Assembly (NCBI GenBank): GCA_963664115.2
Contig: CAXWPJ010000002.1
Coordinates: forward strand, 992,001-1,056,000
Source: Terriglobia bacterium
GTDB lineage: Bacteria; Acidobacteriota; Terriglobia; 20CM-2-55-15
Direction of reading: 5' to 3'
DNA length: 64,000 bases
Positions 8,601-17,672 of the stretch are shown here, one piece after another. The notes under the pieces were generated by a model. The model saw only the letters and a list, made by a program, of their open reading frames with translations. It did not search any database and had not been told where the DNA came from. How positions within the stretch are numbered: position 1 is the stretch's first letter; the number at the start of each line of letters is the position of its first letter. The position numbers were made by a program, and so were the translations under genes.

Positions 8601-9751
8601 GTGGTCCCCGTTAAACAGACTGTAACTTATCAAGATTTCGCCGGCCGCGCTGGACTTTAGCAAGGATGTCGGAAGCCGTTGCAGTCCAGATGAAGGGTTT
8701 CGGGTCTTCATTGTGACGAGCGAGGTAGTCCTCCACGGCCTGGATCAACTCGGGGACCGAGCGGAAAACGCCACGCCGGAGTCGTTGCTCGGACAGATCC
8801 CGGAAAAAGCGCTCGACCATGTTGAGCCACGACGCACTGGTTGGCGTGAAGTGCACATGAAAACGCTTGTTACGCTTGAGCCAGTTGACGACTTTCTGAT
8901 GTTTGTGAGTCGCATAGTTGTCGCAAATAATGTGGATCTCCTTATCTTTCGGCATGGCGCGTTTGATCTGATTCAGAAACCGGATCCATTCCTGATGGCG
9001 ATGCTTTGGCATGCAGGTTCCGATGACCGAACCGTCCAGGATGTTGAGCGCGGCGAAAAGCGTGGTTGTCCCGTTACGTTTGTAATCGTGGGTCATGGTG
9101 CCACACCGCCCCTTCTTCAGAGGTAACCCGGGTTGCGTGCGGTCCAGGGCCTGCATCTGGCTCTTCTCATCGCAGGACAAGACAATGGCGTTTTCCGGTG
9201 GGCTCAGATACAGACCGACCACATCCTCCAGCTTTTCGGCGAATCGTTTGTCGTTGGATAGTTTGAAGGTTCGTGACAGATGAGGCTTCAGTCCATGGAC
9301 CCGCCAGATTTTCCCGACCGTGGACTCGCTCACGCCAACGGCCTTCGCCATCGAGGCCCGACTCCAGTGCGTCGCGTTCGGGGGCTTCTCTTCCAGTGTC
9401 TTCTTGACGATCCGGGCTCGCTTCCGGCGACTGATCGTGGGAATCCGTCCGCTTCGCGGCGCATCCTTTTCGATCCCAGCCAAGCCCTGTTCCACAAAAC
9501 GATTGCGCCAGCGGCCCGCTTTCTGGCGCGTGATCTCCAAGCGGGCGGCGATCTCATAATTGTTCCGACCTTCAGCGGCCAGTAATACAATTCGGGATCG
9601 TTCCGCCAACCGGACCGATGTACTCCGGCTTCGACTCAGTCGCTCCAACTCCATCCGCTGCTTGTCATCCAATTCAATGGTCGGTGCTTTCCTCATTCTC
9701 TATTGGACGTTGGAAAGCTATTTTAGTTACATTACTTCGAGCGGGGTACAC
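8601..9751 (-). mobile_element. IS630-family insertion sequence
   Basis: Terminal IRs GTGGTCCCCG and GTGTACCCCG (rev-comp of right end); TA duplication at 8599-8600 and 9752-9753 within CTAG. Confidence 0.92.
8611..9696 (-). CDS. IS630 transposase
   Basis: HTH N-terminus; SCDEKSQ, HIICDNYATHK, FTPTSASWLNMVERFF DDE motifs. Confidence 0.95.
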   Translation of the reverse strand: MRKAPTIELDDKQRMELERLSRSRSTSVRLAERSRIVLLAAEGRNNYEIAARLEITRQKAGRWRNRFVEQGLAGIEKDAPRSGRIPTISRRKRARIVKKTLEEKPPNATHWSRASMAKAVGVSESTVGKIWRVHGLKPHLSRTFKLSNDKRFAEKLEDVVGLYLSPPENAIVLSCDEKSQMQALDRTQPGLPLKKGRCGTMTHDYKRNGTTTLFAALNILDGSVIGTCMPKHRHQEWIRFLNQIKRAMPKDKEIHIICDNYATHKHQKVVNWLKRNKRFHVHFTPTSASWLNMVERFFRDLSEQRLRRGVFRSVPELIQAVEDYLARHNEDPKPFIWTATASDILAKVQRGRRNLDKLQSV

Positions 9752-9920
9752 TAGGTATAAGATACCCAGAGGCAGCATCACAACCTTTATAGAGCCACAA
9801 TTGCCAGTGTATTGATTAGATCGCAAGGCGCAGTAGAGTTAGACGTGTCCGATGCCGGTTTCTCAATGTTAGACGGCTCGCATAGCGAGCCACTGTGTCC
9901 TTGGGAAGGAGCACGAATCA

Positions 9921-10322
9921 ATGATCATCGGAACGATTCTGGAAATCGCGCTGAAGCTCACGGGCCTGAAGGATCAACTGGATCAGGCTCGGAGAGAGCG
10001 CCGCGACAGGATTGCGGACTACTTCATGCAATTGAGTAAGACCCTTAAAGATGCCCATGAGTCGCTGAGTCAAGGGATGATTCCGCACGGCACTTGCGAG
10101 GAAATGCTTTACCATGCCCGCAGCCTGGCTACCACGGTACAGGATGAAATTGGAGAAGCTGAGGCGAAGAAGCTAGCCGAGAGTATGGAAGAGGCGCATG
10201 CTCTTGAGCAGTTGCTTTCTGAACTCCATGATGAGGGGGCCCGTCAACAGACACTTGCAGATCTTGATCGTGCACGCGGTATGTTCAAAGCCCTTGGCGT
10301 GTCGATGCGTGGGGCGAAGTAG
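9921..10322 (+). CDS. Hypothetical helical protein, possible integron cassette ORF
   Basis: SD AAGGAG; 133 aa coiled-coil-like; flanked by GTTAGAC upstream and attC-like half site downstream. Confidence 0.65.
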   Translation: MIIGTILEIALKLTGLKDQLDQARRERRDRIADYFMQLSKTLKDAHESLSQGMIPHGTCEEMLYHARSLATTVQDEIGEAEAKKLAESMEEAHALEQLLSELHDEGARQQTLADLDRARGMFKALGVSMRGAK

Positions 10323-10350
10323 CGAGTGATGCGCATATTGGGTAAATAGG

Positions 10351-10411
10351 CGTGTAACAAGCAACTGCACTTGACGAGGCGCGCGCACCTTTTCACGCCT
10401 CCATTCAGGTG
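10351..10411 (+). other. Degenerate attC-like site
   Basis: CGTGTAAC-AAGCAACTGCACTTGACGAGGCG...CGCCTC.....CAGGTG; left arm typical, right core eroded. Confidence 0.45.
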
Positions 10412-10523
10412 GCGGGTCGCGAAATAATTAGGGGCCGGATTGCTCCGACCCCTGAAACGCTCGCCTTCTTTGGTTGTCTCTGGGTACTTGGCTTTCGACG
10501 TGGCGCTGCAGCGGTGAGGCACG

Positions 10524-12707
10524 ATGGCACAACCTAAGGTTTCAGCCGCTGGAGGATGGGCCGCGGTTCGTTATTCCCTCCGCATGGGCCGCCAGGCCGG
10601 CGGCTTCCTCAAATTATACAGCCGTCTTCGGAAGCGGAACGTTTGTAAAACCTGCGCTCTGGGGATGGGTGGACAGACGGGTGGAATGGTCAATGAGGCT
10701 GGCCACTTTCCCGAAATTTGCAAAAAATCTCTGCAGGCCCAAGCCGGAGACATGCAGGCGCCGATCAGCGTCGGGCAACTCGAGAGCCATCCCCTGTCAC
10801 GGCTCGAGAAGTTCACGTCGTTGGAACTCGAGCGCATGGGGCGCATCGGGTTCCCGATGATCGCCCGGGAGGGCGACACCCATTTCAGTCGTATCGGTTG
10901 GGACGACGCTCTCGACATGGCCGGGGCCGCGTTTCGAGAAGCGTCGCCTGAGGAAGTCTTTTTCTACTCCTCGGGCCGATCGAGTAACGAAGCCGCCTTT
11001 CTCATGCAGTTGGTTGCCCGTGCCTATGGGACGGGAAACATCAACAACTGTTCCTGCTATTGCCATAACGCGTCGGGCGCCGCCCTCGCCGGTGTATATG
11101 GATCCGGAACTGCGTCAGTGGTTCTTGAAGACCTGGAACGCGCTGACCTCGTAGTGATCGCGGGGGCGAATCCTCCGAGCAATCATCCCCGTCTGATGAC
11201 GCAACTGGTCAATCTGAAGCGGCGAGGCGGCAAGGTGATCGTGGTCAACCCTCTGCGCGAACTCGGTCTCGTGCGATTCCGTGTGCCTTCGGACTGGCGA
11301 AGCATGCTCTTCGGATCCGCGATCTCGGACCTGTACCTGCAGCCGCACGTTGGCTCCGACGTCGCACTGTTCAAGGCTTTCTTGAAGGGAGTGATCGAGA
11401 AGGGCGGTTTGGAAAACGAATACGTCCAGCGCTACACGGAAGGATGGGCCGACGTCCGTCAAGATATCGAGACGACATCCTGGGAAGACCTGTGTGGTGT
11501 CAGTGGTGTGTCCAGGGAGGAAATAGCGTCCGCTACTGAACTGCTGGTTCGGGCACGACGCGGTATTTTTTGCTGGGCGATGGGGTTGACGCATCACAGC
11601 AACGGTGTCGACAACGTTCTTGGACTGGCTAACCTGGCACTGGCGCGGGGCTGGTTGGGCCAGCCCGGTAGCGGCCTCTTGCCGATCCGGGGGCATTCGA
11701 ATGTTCAAGGTGTCGGATCGGTCGGTGTTACCCCCGCATTGAAGAAGGGGTTTGCCGAAAAGCTCGAGAAGCTTTATGACCTTGGGCCGATTCCCGAGCC
11801 CGGGATGGACACATTCCATTCGATCGAGGCTGCGGCAAAAGGGGAGATTCGCTCTGCTTTTCTGCTGGGAGGTAACCTGTTTGCCAGTAATCCGGATCGA
11901 AGTTGGGCGGGGCGAGCCCTCGCCAAGATCCAAACGACAGTGCATGTTTCCACGAAGCTGAACGAAGGCCACGTCCATGGTCGCTCCCGGACGGTTCTGA
12001 TTCTGCCGGCACTGGCGCGTGATGAAGAAATCCAGACGACCACCCAGGAGTCCATGTTCAATCTCGTTCGGCTTTCTGAGGGCGGTAGCCCCGCGCTTTC
12101 GCCGGAAATGCGTTCGGAAGTGGAGATCATTGCTTCCCTGGCCGAGCGGATCCTGCCCCCGGACCGCTTCGATTGGTCCGCGTTGCGTTCGCACCGGCAA
12201 TTGCGTCACGCGATATCCCAGACCGTGTCGGGCTATGAGGCGATCAGACGGATCGACGAACCCGACGGAGGGGAGTTTCAGATCGGTGGGCGAACGTTTC
12301 ACCAGCCGACCTTTGAGACCTCGGGGGGGAAGGCAACGTTCCACGTCACTGCATTGCCGGATCTTGAGATGAAGAGTGACGAATTCCGGTTGATGACCCT
12401 GCGTTCGGAAGGGCAGTTCAACACGGTTGTCTACGAGGAAGAAGATCTCTACCGGGGTAATTCCCGGCGTGACGTCGTCATGCTGGCCGATGCCGATGCA
12501 CGGCGGCTTGGAGTGCGGGAAGGCAAGCGCGTGCGGGTGATCACCGAAGCAGGGGATCTGGAAGTCACAGTGGCGATCGTCGATATCCGGCCGGGTAACC
12601 TGGCCATGTACTATCCGGAAGCGAACACGCTTGTTCCCAAACGGATCGATGCCCGTTCAGGCACCCCCGCCTTTAAATCGGTTGTCGCAAGAATCGAAGT
12701 TTCCTAG
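10524..12707 (+). CDS. FdhF/YdeP family molybdopterin oxidoreductase
   Basis: FYSSGRSSNEAAF, NNCSCYCH, WAMGLTHH, PIRGHSNVQG, TLRSEGQFNT, YYPEAN, SGTPAFKS. Confidence 0.9.
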   Translation: MAQPKVSAAGGWAAVRYSLRMGRQAGGFLKLYSRLRKRNVCKTCALGMGGQTGGMVNEAGHFPEICKKSLQAQAGDMQAPISVGQLESHPLSRLEKFTSLELERMGRIGFPMIAREGDTHFSRIGWDDALDMAGAAFREASPEEVFFYSSGRSSNEAAFLMQLVARAYGTGNINNCSCYCHNASGAALAGVYGSGTASVVLEDLERADLVVIAGANPPSNHPRLMTQLVNLKRRGGKVIVVNPLRELGLVRFRVPSDWRSMLFGSAISDLYLQPHVGSDVALFKAFLKGVIEKGGLENEYVQRYTEGWADVRQDIETTSWEDLCGVSGVSREEIASATELLVRARRGIFCWAMGLTHHSNGVDNVLGLANLALARGWLGQPGSGLLPIRGHSNVQGVGSVGVTPALKKGFAEKLEKLYDLGPIPEPGMDTFHSIEAAAKGEIRSAFLLGGNLFASNPDRSWAGRALAKIQTTVHVSTKLNEGHVHGRSRTVLILPALARDEEIQTTTQESMFNLVRLSEGGSPALSPEMRSEVEIIASLAERILPPDRFDWSALRSHRQLRHAISQTVSGYEAIRRIDEPDGGEFQIGGRTFHQPTFETSGGKATFHVTALPDLEMKSDEFRLMTLRSEGQFNTVVYEEEDLYRGNSRRDVVMLADADARRLGVREGKRVRVITEAGDLEVTVAIVDIRPGNLAMYYPEANTLVPKRIDARSGTPAFKSVVARIEVS

Positions 12708-12735
12708 AACTGATACTGCATGCCCGTTTCGATCC

Positions 12736-12855
12736 GTCTACGGAAACCGCTTTCCCGCCGACCGAGGTCGGGCTGGTGGTGAATCAACACGCCCCCAGAT
12801 CAACATCGTCGTGAACTGGTTTGCAGAACTGAGGGTACGGCTGCCGGTTCCGTAA
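12736..12855 (+). pseudogene. C-terminal relic of a Ser/Thr kinase-TolB/PD40 propeller protein
   Basis: Reads GNRF...PQINIVVNWFAELRVRLPVP-stop, the typical terminal motif of this family; no start or upstream domains. Confidence 0.6.
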
Positions 12856-12862
12856 ATTACCA

Positions 12863-12877
12863 TGAGAATGATTCTCA
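12863..12877. promoter_or_regulatory. Fur-family-like 7-1-7 operator
   Basis: Perfect palindrome TGAGAAT-G-ATTCTCA in intergenic DNA. Confidence 0.45.
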
Positions 12878-13061
12878 GCGCCTGATCGATCATCCTGTCG
12901 GAAGTTGACCGTGTTCCAGGCGAACATCCGCCCGAAAATATCAGGAGCTGAACGGATCAGGGCTTGTCTGTATGTCGATGTCTGGGGCACCGTATATTGA
13001 AGTTACGTAAGAACACGGGTTCAAAATTATTTCAGCCAAGAATCGAGGGAGATTTAACAGG

Positions 13062-13623
13062 ATGATTTTCGAACAGATCCGGGTGGACGGTGACCGGAAC
13101 CTGGCTTACCTGATCGGCGACGGGAATAGCAAACGAGTGGCCATAGTCGACGCGTCTTATGCGCCCGAGCGCGTTTTGGAAAGAGTGCAACATCACGGGA
13201 TGGAACTCTGCTATATCATCAGCACGCATTCGCATCCGGATCATATTGCCGGCAATGGCTACCTTGTCGAACGCACCGCGGCGCCGGAAGTTCTGCACGA
13301 AAGTACCCCGCATCCCTGTAGTGTGCGTGCTGGTAGAGAACAAATTGCTGACCGGCGATATTCTTTTCGTCGGAAAGGTCGGTGGTACCGGTCCACATTT
13401 TCCTCGAAGCGACCCACGCCAGCAGTGGGACAGCCTGCATCGATTGATGCATCTCGACCCATATACTGAGGTATGGCCAGGGCACGACTATGGGGTGCAA
13501 CCCTCGTCTACGATTGGCAACGAGATCGCCACCAATCCCTTCCTAATGACGAAGACCTACGAAGAGTTTATCCACCTCAAGGAACACTGGGCTGAATTCA
13601 AGAAAAAGCACAACATTTCCTAA
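13062..13623 (+). pseudogene. MBL-fold hydrolase (glyoxalase II-like) with internal deletion and frameshift
   Basis: Frame 1 carries THSHPDH; another frame carries LLTGDILF, VWPGHDYG, STIGNE..TNPF; junction ~13320; HTPGH segment missing. Confidence 0.82.
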
Positions 13624-13800
13624 TAGAGAACGCCAGGTTCACAGCCTTGTGCCGTGGGACCGCAGCTTGGCTCTTGCCCTCGATGTCACGGCTATCACGC
13701 CGGCGAACCAACATGATCCGCGGTGAACAGGCGTAGTAATCTATTTGCGAGTCAGACCCTTCAGAGCTTCAATGGCTAGATATGACAAGGGAGAGAAAAA

Positions 13801-14808
13801 ATGAAGGCGGTCGTTTTACATGAAAAAGGTGGCCCGGAAAGTCTGAGAATCGAGGAAATCGATACGCCTCAAGCGGGCCCGGGTGAGGTACGGGTCAAAC
13901 TCAAAGCCTCGGCACTGAATCGGCGTGACTACTGGATCACGATCGGCCGGTATCCCGGAATGACCTATCCCATCACTGCAGGCTCCGACGGAGCCGGTGT
14001 GGTTGATGCTGTTGGCGAAGGCGGGGATATGTCTGCAATCGGAAGGGAAGTCGTGGTCTACCCGGCACGGGCGTGGGGCGACAGTCCACGCAAGTTCGGG
14101 CCTGATTTTCGGGTCTTGGGAATGCCCGATCAGGGCACCTTTGCAGAGTATATCTGTGTTCCGGCGAGCGATGTGTATGCCAAACCGGGACACTTATCCT
14201 GGGAACAGGCAGCCGCCGTTCCCCTGGCGGGTCTCACATCCTGGCGCGCAGTGGTGACGCATGCAGAAGTGGAACCGGGCCAGAAAGTTCTGGTGACAGC
14301 CGCCGGAAGCGGTGTGTCGACTTTCGCCATCCAGTGGGCCCTGGCCCGCGGTGGGGAAGTTTATGTCACCAGTGGGAGTGAAGGGAAGATTGACAAGGCG
14401 AAAGCAATGGGTGTGAGCGGTGGTGTGGTCTATCGCCAGGAAGAATTCACGAAGGAGCTTCGGAGGCTGTCCGGCGGCTTCGATGTGATCGTCGACAGCG
14501 CCGGTGGAGACGGCATCAACGTCTTGCTGGACACACTGAACGGCGGCGGCCGGTATGTGTTCTTTGGCGCAACGCTGGGTAATGCCTCCACCGGACTGGA
14601 AATGGCGAAGCTGTTTTTTCGACATATCCGTATTCAGGGCACGACCATGGGTTCACCGAAAGAATTTGCTGCGATGATGCAGTTTATCGCTGCGAATAAG
14701 ACCCAACCGATTATCCATCAGGTCTTTGCCATGGATGAGGCCGTGGCGGCGCACAAATTGATGGAGAACTTCAGCCAGATGGGCAAGATCGTGTTACGCA
14801 ACGAATAG
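13801..14808 (+). CDS. MDR-family NAD(P)-dependent oxidoreductase (quinone oxidoreductase/ADH-like)
   Basis: MKAVVL, LNRRD, GSDGAGVV, GTFAEY, AAGSGV, GTTMGS, GKIVL. Confidence 0.9.
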   Translation: MKAVVLHEKGGPESLRIEEIDTPQAGPGEVRVKLKASALNRRDYWITIGRYPGMTYPITAGSDGAGVVDAVGEGGDMSAIGREVVVYPARAWGDSPRKFGPDFRVLGMPDQGTFAEYICVPASDVYAKPGHLSWEQAAAVPLAGLTSWRAVVTHAEVEPGQKVLVTAAGSGVSTFAIQWALARGGEVYVTSGSEGKIDKAKAMGVSGGVVYRQEEFTKELRRLSGGFDVIVDSAGGDGINVLLDTLNGGGRYVFFGATLGNASTGLEMAKLFFRHIRIQGTTMGSPKEFAAMMQFIAANKTQPIIHQVFAMDEAVAAHKLMENFSQMGKIVLRNE

Positions 14809-14921
14809 GGACCCGGCAGTCTGAACGGAGGGAATCCTCAAATCGATAATAAATTCCTTTCCGGGAAACCCGGAGCGGTTCGTTAGTTCGTGTACTAATA
14901 ATTCGGGATACTGGAGCCCAT

Positions 14922-15171
14922 GGTTAGAAGTTCGGTTTTTGATGAATTCGTTCTTGCCCATCCGATCATTTAATTACTCTTAACGCCTCGGCTTCCGCCT
15001 CGTTGTTCACCCGCACCGTCGGACCGGTGCGGGTTTTGTTACGGACAAGACTTCAATTACGTCAATCCCCAACAAGCCTCTCCATCAGGATGATGGAGAG
15101 GGTCGCCGGTCGTTCGGCCAGGATGGCCGATTGAACGACCGAGCGAAATCTTTATTCGTGCGGTGCCAACT
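14922..15171. repeat. Structured repeated element, copy A (MITE-like or ncRNA)
   Basis: Reverse complement aligns in colinear blocks with 39119-39396; hairpins at 15009-15034, 15077-15101 and 15103-15146; left end GGTTAGAAG. Confidence 0.8.
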
Positions 15172-15225
15172 CAGCGTCGCAACTGAGTTATCTTCATTGA
15201 CCATCTGTTCGTTGGGAGTTGCTGC

Positions 15226-15972
15226 TTGGACTATGTACTGATCATTGTTGCTGCTCTGATTGCGGGGACCATGAACGCGGTGGCGGGAGGGGGGTCCTTT
15301 CTAACCTTTCCGGCGCTTGTGTTCATTGGCGTGCCGCCGGTCGTCGCGAACGCGTCCAGCACGGTGGTCCTGTTTCCAGCTTCTTTCGCCAGCGCGTGGG
15401 CTTACCGGAAAGATCGTAAGAATTTTGGAGACCTTGGTTTCAAGGCGATGGCTTTAATGAGCGTAGCCGGAGGCACCCTCGGAGCCACCTTGCTGCTGTC
15501 CCTTCCTGAAACCGCTTTCGATTTCATCATTCCATGGCTTCTGCTGGTGGCGACCCTGGCTTTTGCGTTCGGTCCCTACCTTCGCTTGAAACTTCAACGG
15601 GAAATCAAACTGAACGCTCCCGTGTTCCTTGCCGTGCAGTTTGTTGCGGCTATCTATGGGGGCTATTTTGGTGGGGCCGTCGGCCTGATATTGCTGTCAT
15701 TCTGGGGACTGTTCGGATTCTCCGACCTCCGAATGCTGAACGCGAACAAAACCCTGCTTGCAGGTTTGATGAACGCTGCCGCCGTTGTCATTTTCATCTC
15801 GGCCGGCCGCGTGTCGTGGACGGAGACCTTGGTGATGTTGGCCGCGGCGATTACCGGAGGTTACTTCGGGGCGCGCGTAGCCCGGCGGTTGAATCCTAGG
15901 TTCGTTCGCGCTCTGATCACGGTGATCAGCGTCGGTGTGACCATCGCGTTCTTTGTGCGCAGCTTCTCGTGA
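15226..15972 (+). CDS. TauE/SafE (TSUP) family permease
   Basis: MNAVAGGGSFLTFPAL, ANASS, YGGYFGG; multiple TM helices. Confidence 0.9.
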   Translation: MDYVLIIVAALIAGTMNAVAGGGSFLTFPALVFIGVPPVVANASSTVVLFPASFASAWAYRKDRKNFGDLGFKAMALMSVAGGTLGATLLLSLPETAFDFIIPWLLLVATLAFAFGPYLRLKLQREIKLNAPVFLAVQFVAAIYGGYFGGAVGLILLSFWGLFGFSDLRMLNANKTLLAGLMNAAAVVIFISAGRVSWTETLVMLAAAITGGYFGARVARRLNPRFVRALITVISVGVTIAFFVRSFS

Positions 15973-16049
15973 TGACCCGAGAAAGAGGTGTAGTCTGACC
16001 CGTTCCGTTCCACCAGGAGCGATATCGTAGCTGCGGTTCTCGAAGGTCG

Positions 16050-17333
16050 TTAGAACTCCGGTCGCGGGAAGATCAGGCCGGAAAAGACGATCCAGACCAC
16101 GAGCAGTGTCAGCAGAACATTCAATGTCTGCCCCGCCAGGTAGAGCAACAGAGGTTTTCCACTGCCCATTTGTTTTCCGAGCTGTCGAAAATCTGACTCC
16201 AGGCCGATCGAAAGGAAAGCCAGACAAAAGAACCAGCTTCGGTAGTCACTGGTGACGTCGATCGCCCGGTCGACTGCATCGCCGCCCAGCAGTGGTACGA
16301 GGAAGAACGAAACAATGAAAGAGGCTCCGATGAAACCCAGAACGAACTTCGGAAAGCGGTTCCAGATTTCACCGAGCTGAGGCCGGCCGCCTGAGCCGGG
16401 TTCGATGCGAGCGACCCAATATAGAGCCACGCCGAAAGCGATGATGCCGATCAGGATATTCTGAATCATCTTCACCACGGCAGCGGTCTGCATCGCGTCA
16501 TCGCCGAGAATCTGTCCTGCCGCTACAACGGCTCCCGTTGAATCCACCGTGCCTCCGATCCATGCACCGGCGACGATCGGGTCCAGATTGAGGGCCTGCG
16601 CGAGGAAAGGCATACCCACCATCATCAGGACCGTGAATATCAGCGTCATCCCGACCGCCAGCGTCAGTTCTTCTTTTCGAGCGCGACAGGCGCCGGCCAC
16701 AGCGATCGCCGCCGATACACCGCAAACCGAGGTCGCCGCCGCTATGACCATCGCGAAGGACGGTGAGAGTCCGAATCGGCGAAATCCGAGCCAGAACATC
16801 GAAAGCAAGACGACGGGCGTCACACCCCAGGCCACGATCAAACCGTACTGACCCAGCTCCAGAATTCTACCGAAGATGACCTCGGCGCCCAACAGGACCA
16901 AGCCTATCTTGATGAAGAGCTCTGTTCGAACCCCAGGCCGCAACCAGTCCGGGGTTCCGATGATATTACTGATGATCAGGCCAAGGACCAGGGCCCATAA
17001 GGCGTATCCCAGGCCAAAGGCTGCGAGCACTTCATTGGCTGCGATATAGAAGGAGACTGTCGCCAGGACGAACACTGCTGGAAAAGCGCGGATGTAAGCG
17101 CCGGTGTTATCTCCGAGCGTCCCGACGGCTATCGTTGTCAGTGCACCCGCTCCGAGCATCAAAAGAACCAGTGGAAGGATCAGCGATGCGGGAAGTCCCG
17201 ACAGGGGTGAAGACCACTGGGGAATTCCTGGAACGTAGGAAACCATGCCCGCGAAAACCGACGCCAGGAGCGCGAAACCGATCCACACCGACCACCAGTC
17301 CTCTCGCGTTACGAATTCCTTGAGCCAACTCAT
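16050..17333 (-). CDS. YeiH/UPF0324 putative sulfate exporter family membrane protein
   Basis: EDWWSVWIG, IKIGLVLLG, SVCGVSAAIA, GAWIGGTVDSTGAV, VKMIQN, RFPKFVLGF. Confidence 0.88.
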   Translation of the reverse strand: MSWLKEFVTREDWWSVWIGFALLASVFAGMVSYVPGIPQWSSPLSGLPASLILPLVLLMLGAGALTTIAVGTLGDNTGAYIRAFPAVFVLATVSFYIAANEVLAAFGLGYALWALVLGLIISNIIGTPDWLRPGVRTELFIKIGLVLLGAEVIFGRILELGQYGLIVAWGVTPVVLLSMFWLGFRRFGLSPSFAMVIAAATSVCGVSAAIAVAGACRARKEELTLAVGMTLIFTVLMMVGMPFLAQALNLDPIVAGAWIGGTVDSTGAVVAAGQILGDDAMQTAAVVKMIQNILIGIIAFGVALYWVARIEPGSGGRPQLGEIWNRFPKFVLGFIGASFIVSFFLVPLLGGDAVDRAIDVTSDYRSWFFCLAFLSIGLESDFRQLGKQMGSGKPLLLYLAGQTLNVLLTLLVVWIVFSGLIFPRPEF

Positions 17334-17563
17334 CGCATATCCCTCGATAGATGCCCGGCGTTTGCCGCCTCAGGCCTGCGGAGTTCTTCCAGATTCACTT
17401 CCGTATAAAAGAGAGCGCCTGCGTCGAATCCGTCTTCAAGATTCCGGGCGGGCACAGGACCCAGCCATCCTTTCGTTGCCACCGGCTCCAGCACTGTAAT
17501 GAGCAAGCAGACGAAGATGGGAAACAGGATTATGACCAACACTGTTCGTTTTCGAGATGTCAT
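17330..17563 (-). CDS. Small membrane protein coupled to the YeiH gene
   Basis: One TM helix, DAGALFYTE motif, 4-bp overlap with downstream gene. Confidence 0.6.
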   Translation of the reverse strand: MTSRKRTVLVIILFPIFVCLLITVLEPVATKGWLGPVPARNLEDGFDAGALFYTEVNLEELRRPEAANAGHLSRDMR

Positions 17564-17672
17564 GGGTTTTTCCGTCGTTCAGGTCCGACAATTAGATAGG
17601 AAGTTGTTATGTATGGCAAACGCAGTGGGTGTTCGTTTTCCAATATTCAGAGCAGTTTTCCTGGAAGCTCGC

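Noticed and set aside
10524-12707. Selenocysteine formate dehydrogenase
   Set aside because: No in-frame TGA; the site reads CSCYCH, typical of the YdeP-like group
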